A stretch of DNA of 64,000 nucleotides from Candidatus Bathyarchaeota archaeon (lineage in GTDB: Archaea; Thermoproteota; Bathyarchaeia; Bathyarchaeales; Bathycorpusculaceae). The position numbers and the translations under genes were made by a program. The notes beneath the pieces were generated by a model. It was not told the origin of the DNA, ran no database searches, and was given only the letters and a program-made list of their open reading frames with translations. The stretch covers positions 160,001 to 224,000 of the forward strand of contig CAVYES010000008.1 in the NCBI GenBank assembly GCA_963767735.1, written 5' to 3'. This document shows positions 61,600 to 64,000 of this stretch, piece by piece (position 1 is the first letter of the stretch; every line of letters begins with the position of its first letter).

Positions 61600-61980
61600 G
61601 CTACCAATTTGAGTTTATTATTAGCCTTTTGGCATAAAAAAGTGAATTGATGAATGTTTCAACAGAAGCTGGCAATGATAATAAGTGAGTTTTAAAATAG
61701 CTTGTTAAAGCATGAATATCGGTTAGGAGCGACTTTGAAAAACTGCATTTTTGTTTAAAATTCACGGTAAAGCCAGCACCAGATATCGAATAATTTTGCC
61801 ATTTATCTGTTAATCGCACTTATTAATTGGCTAATTGAATAAAAACACTCACATTCACCGTATTTTGATGATTAACTCGTTTTTCGCGGCATTTATGACC
61901 GTCTGATAAAGTGGTTTTGCTTGGGCAAGACTTAAAAACTCGACTCAGTATACAAAAGCGTATCCATTTAGGCTACGGAG

Positions 61981-62472
61981 ATGACAGCGAGTTTGAAGCT
62001 AAAAGACGGCGTTCAAGCATGGCTAAACGGGGCATTAAACGACCCCATTGTAAAAATATTGGCTAAAAACAGCCAATTAACCAAAACACAACTTGAAACA
62101 CTGCTAATAGACATTTTAGCCGAGAACATCTCGGGCAAACAGTTAAAGTACGATGAAAAAGCCGATTTAAGACTAACTAAGGCTAAAATAAGCCGCGGCT
62201 CCTTTAACAGGACGTTAAAACAGTCTAAAGAAAACGTGATAAAATCAATCTACACGGTACTACTTTTAGGATATTTAGGAGTGTTTGACAGCACAACTCT
62301 TGACCCATATCTCGAAATAGCCAATAAACTGCACCAATATGTGGAGGCACACCAAGAGGCACCCGACAAGGAGGAGGAGCTAAAAGACCATCTAAAAGTC
62401 ATAGAAATCATTCGGGAAGAGCTTGAAACAAGCCTAAAACGGCTTTCTAGTCCATCAGAAGAGCACTTGTGA
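61981..62472 (+). CDS. Uncharacterised helical, probably DNA-binding protein
   Basis: LTKTQLETL...ISRGSFNRTLKQSKENV resembles an HTH; flanked by the motif arrays. Confidence 0.7.
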   Translation: MTASLKLKDGVQAWLNGALNDPIVKILAKNSQLTKTQLETLLIDILAENISGKQLKYDEKADLRLTKAKISRGSFNRTLKQSKENVIKSIYTVLLLGYLGVFDSTTLDPYLEIANKLHQYVEAHQEAPDKEEELKDHLKVIEIIREELETSLKRLSSPSEEHL

Positions 62473-62756
62473 CGTCACAAATCACAGATAAAACCGAGTA
62501 TTTTTAAATATCAAAGGAAGTACGGAAAGTCAAAATATAAAGGTCATTTACAAGTCTTAATTTTAAAAATAACCTCAAATCACAGCTATACTATTGAGAG
62601 ATGAATGCGAAGATAGTAGAGGAAAATAGTTGTGACATGTGATATCATGACAAGCATGGCGATAACGTCACCGTAAACCTTAAAAAGTCCATGGATTACT
62701 GTGATGTGTGATGCAACTGATTAAATCACGTGCAAGTCACAGGGATGAAAAATCAC
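62467..62756. promoter_or_regulatory. Array 2 of RTCAC/GTGAY half-sites and TGAYRTCA palindromes
   Basis: TTGTGACGTCACAA 62467-62480; half-sites at 62481, 62579, 62632, 62639 (GTGATATCA), 62667, 62701, 62708, 62725, 62736, 62752. Confidence 0.75.
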
Positions 62757-63480
62757 GGTTGATTTTGTAACGATAATTTTGGGCGTTTTGCTTACCGTGA
62801 CCGTCGCAGCAACAGTCGAATATTATAGGCAAATACGTAAGGCACAAAAAGAGTATGAGAAAGCCAAAGGTGTTGTTGAAGACATAGTTCTTAGTTTTAA
62901 CCGAGATCTCAAGCGTGGAGCCGACAAACTAGATTTAATCGCGTTCAAAATAGAAGGAAACTTGGCCAAAGCGGACACCAGCCTAAAAAAAGTAGACACT
63001 TTAGAAAAAAGGCTATTGCCTATCGAAAATCAAATGGGCACTATTTCACAGACGGTTTCACAGAGTACCAATAAAATTCTCTCAGGATTAACAGATTTGG
63101 AATCTAAAATTAGAGATATTGAAGGGGCACAAGAGACGTTAAAATTGAAGATAACAGGCTTTGAAGAGCAAATTCAAAAGTTCAACGTTACTCCAGAAAT
63201 CAGCGAAACCGTCATCCCAATTAAACGTGACAAAGCAATGGCCTCATTAACAGACACAGAAATCACAGTGCTGGAAATGTTATCTTCAGAGGGACCCAAA
63301 ACAGCGCCAGAAATCAAAGACAGAGTTAAACTTAGCAGAGAACACACAGCAAGACTAATGAAAAAACTCTATGAAGAAGGATACTTAGAACGCGAAGTAG
63401 GCAAAATACCCTTCAGATACAGCATCAAAAAAGAGATGGAAAAGATACTGAAAAAGTCCGAGAGCAGCCCCTCGGCATAA
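62745..63480 (+). CDS. Protein with N-terminal TM, long coiled coil and C-terminal winged helix
   Basis: TM FVTIILGVLLTVTVAATV (ATG 62745 if one A of an A5 run is an error, otherwise 62779); heptad region; LTDTEITVLEML...TAPEIKDRVKLSREHTARLMKKLYEEGYLER. Confidence 0.8.
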
Positions 63481-63671
63481 ACCGCAAAGAAAGCGTCTCG
63501 TGACTGCCCAACCGACAAGAGTTATCCTGTCTCTACCATAGCGGTAAGTGTATGTTCCTTTTCAGGCATCCACGCCAACAGTTCTACTCAAATTGTACTT
63601 ACCTAAATTCGCGCTAAATACTTCTTAACCCAACAAAATTTATTTCAGTTTACTTCTCTTAGCAACTCAAG

Positions 63672-64000
63672 TCACTTTATTCTTTGTTTTATAGTTGCCT
63701 GAGAAATATTCGCTGTTTTGTACTTTAAGCTATTTGGCCCACCGGTCCTTAACAGCATACCTTTACTTGTCATCCTGGAAAGATAAGTGGAAACGGTACT
63801 AAGACTGACGGGTTCCTTAAGTTCCTGTTCATAAACAGACTGGATGTCCTTTGAAGAAAACCAAATCAAGGGAAAACTTTTCTGAATCACTGACTGAACT
63901 TTTTCGAAGCGTGAAAGTACACGATTTTGCAAGGACGCTCCTGTGCCCGTGGTTGGACCCTCGCCTGGTGCGCCGCCTAGCAATTCAACAAGATCTAAGA
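63672..64000 (-). CDS. Winged-helix protein (5' part lies outside the window)
   Basis: WFSSKDIQSVYEQELKEPVSLSTVSTYLSRMTSKGML; frame is open to the window edge. Confidence 0.75.
   Translation of the reverse strand, partial: LDLVELLGGAPGEGPTTGTGASLQNRVLSRFEKVQSVIQKSFPLIWFSSKDIQSVYEQELKEPVSLSTVSTYLSRMTSKGMLLRTGGPNSLKYKTANISQATIKQRIK

Noticed and set aside
61507-62756. CRISPR array or ORB-type origin
   Set aside because: The repeats are 5-14 bp with no repeat-spacer structure, there is no G-string ORB consensus, and no cas or orc1 gene is in the window.

Overview
Archaeal chromosome segment, most consistent with a TACK lineage such as Bathyarchaeia (inferred from PolD DP2 together with Elf1, GINS15, Csl4 and an archaeosortase). 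About 1-28 kb and 49-61.5 kb are core information-processing genes: MCM, PriS/PriL, PCNA, GINS, r-proteins, RNAP subunits, SRP54, aIF5A, PolD, NAD synthesis. About 28.1-48.9 kb is an accessory mosaic with toxin-antitoxin modules, a dCTP-deaminase/zincin-like cassette, an S53 protease, an ABC exporter and eight degenerate tRNA 3'-end fragments, but no intact tRNA or integrase. Many essential genes carry single-base frameshifts, which points to uncorrected long-read indel errors. The main observations are: (1) arrays of RTCAC/GTGAY half-sites and TGAYRTCA palindromes around a three-gene cluster that includes a membrane-anchored coiled-coil/wHTH protein (61.5-64 kb); (2) the aIF2-alpha slot of the conserved L44e-S27e-aIF2a-Nop10 operon reduced to a 34-codon N+C-terminal fusion; (3) att-like tRNA scars punctuating the accessory cassettes; (4) the dCTP deaminase plus HExxE protein cassette. 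No database searches were run; family calls come from motif recognition.
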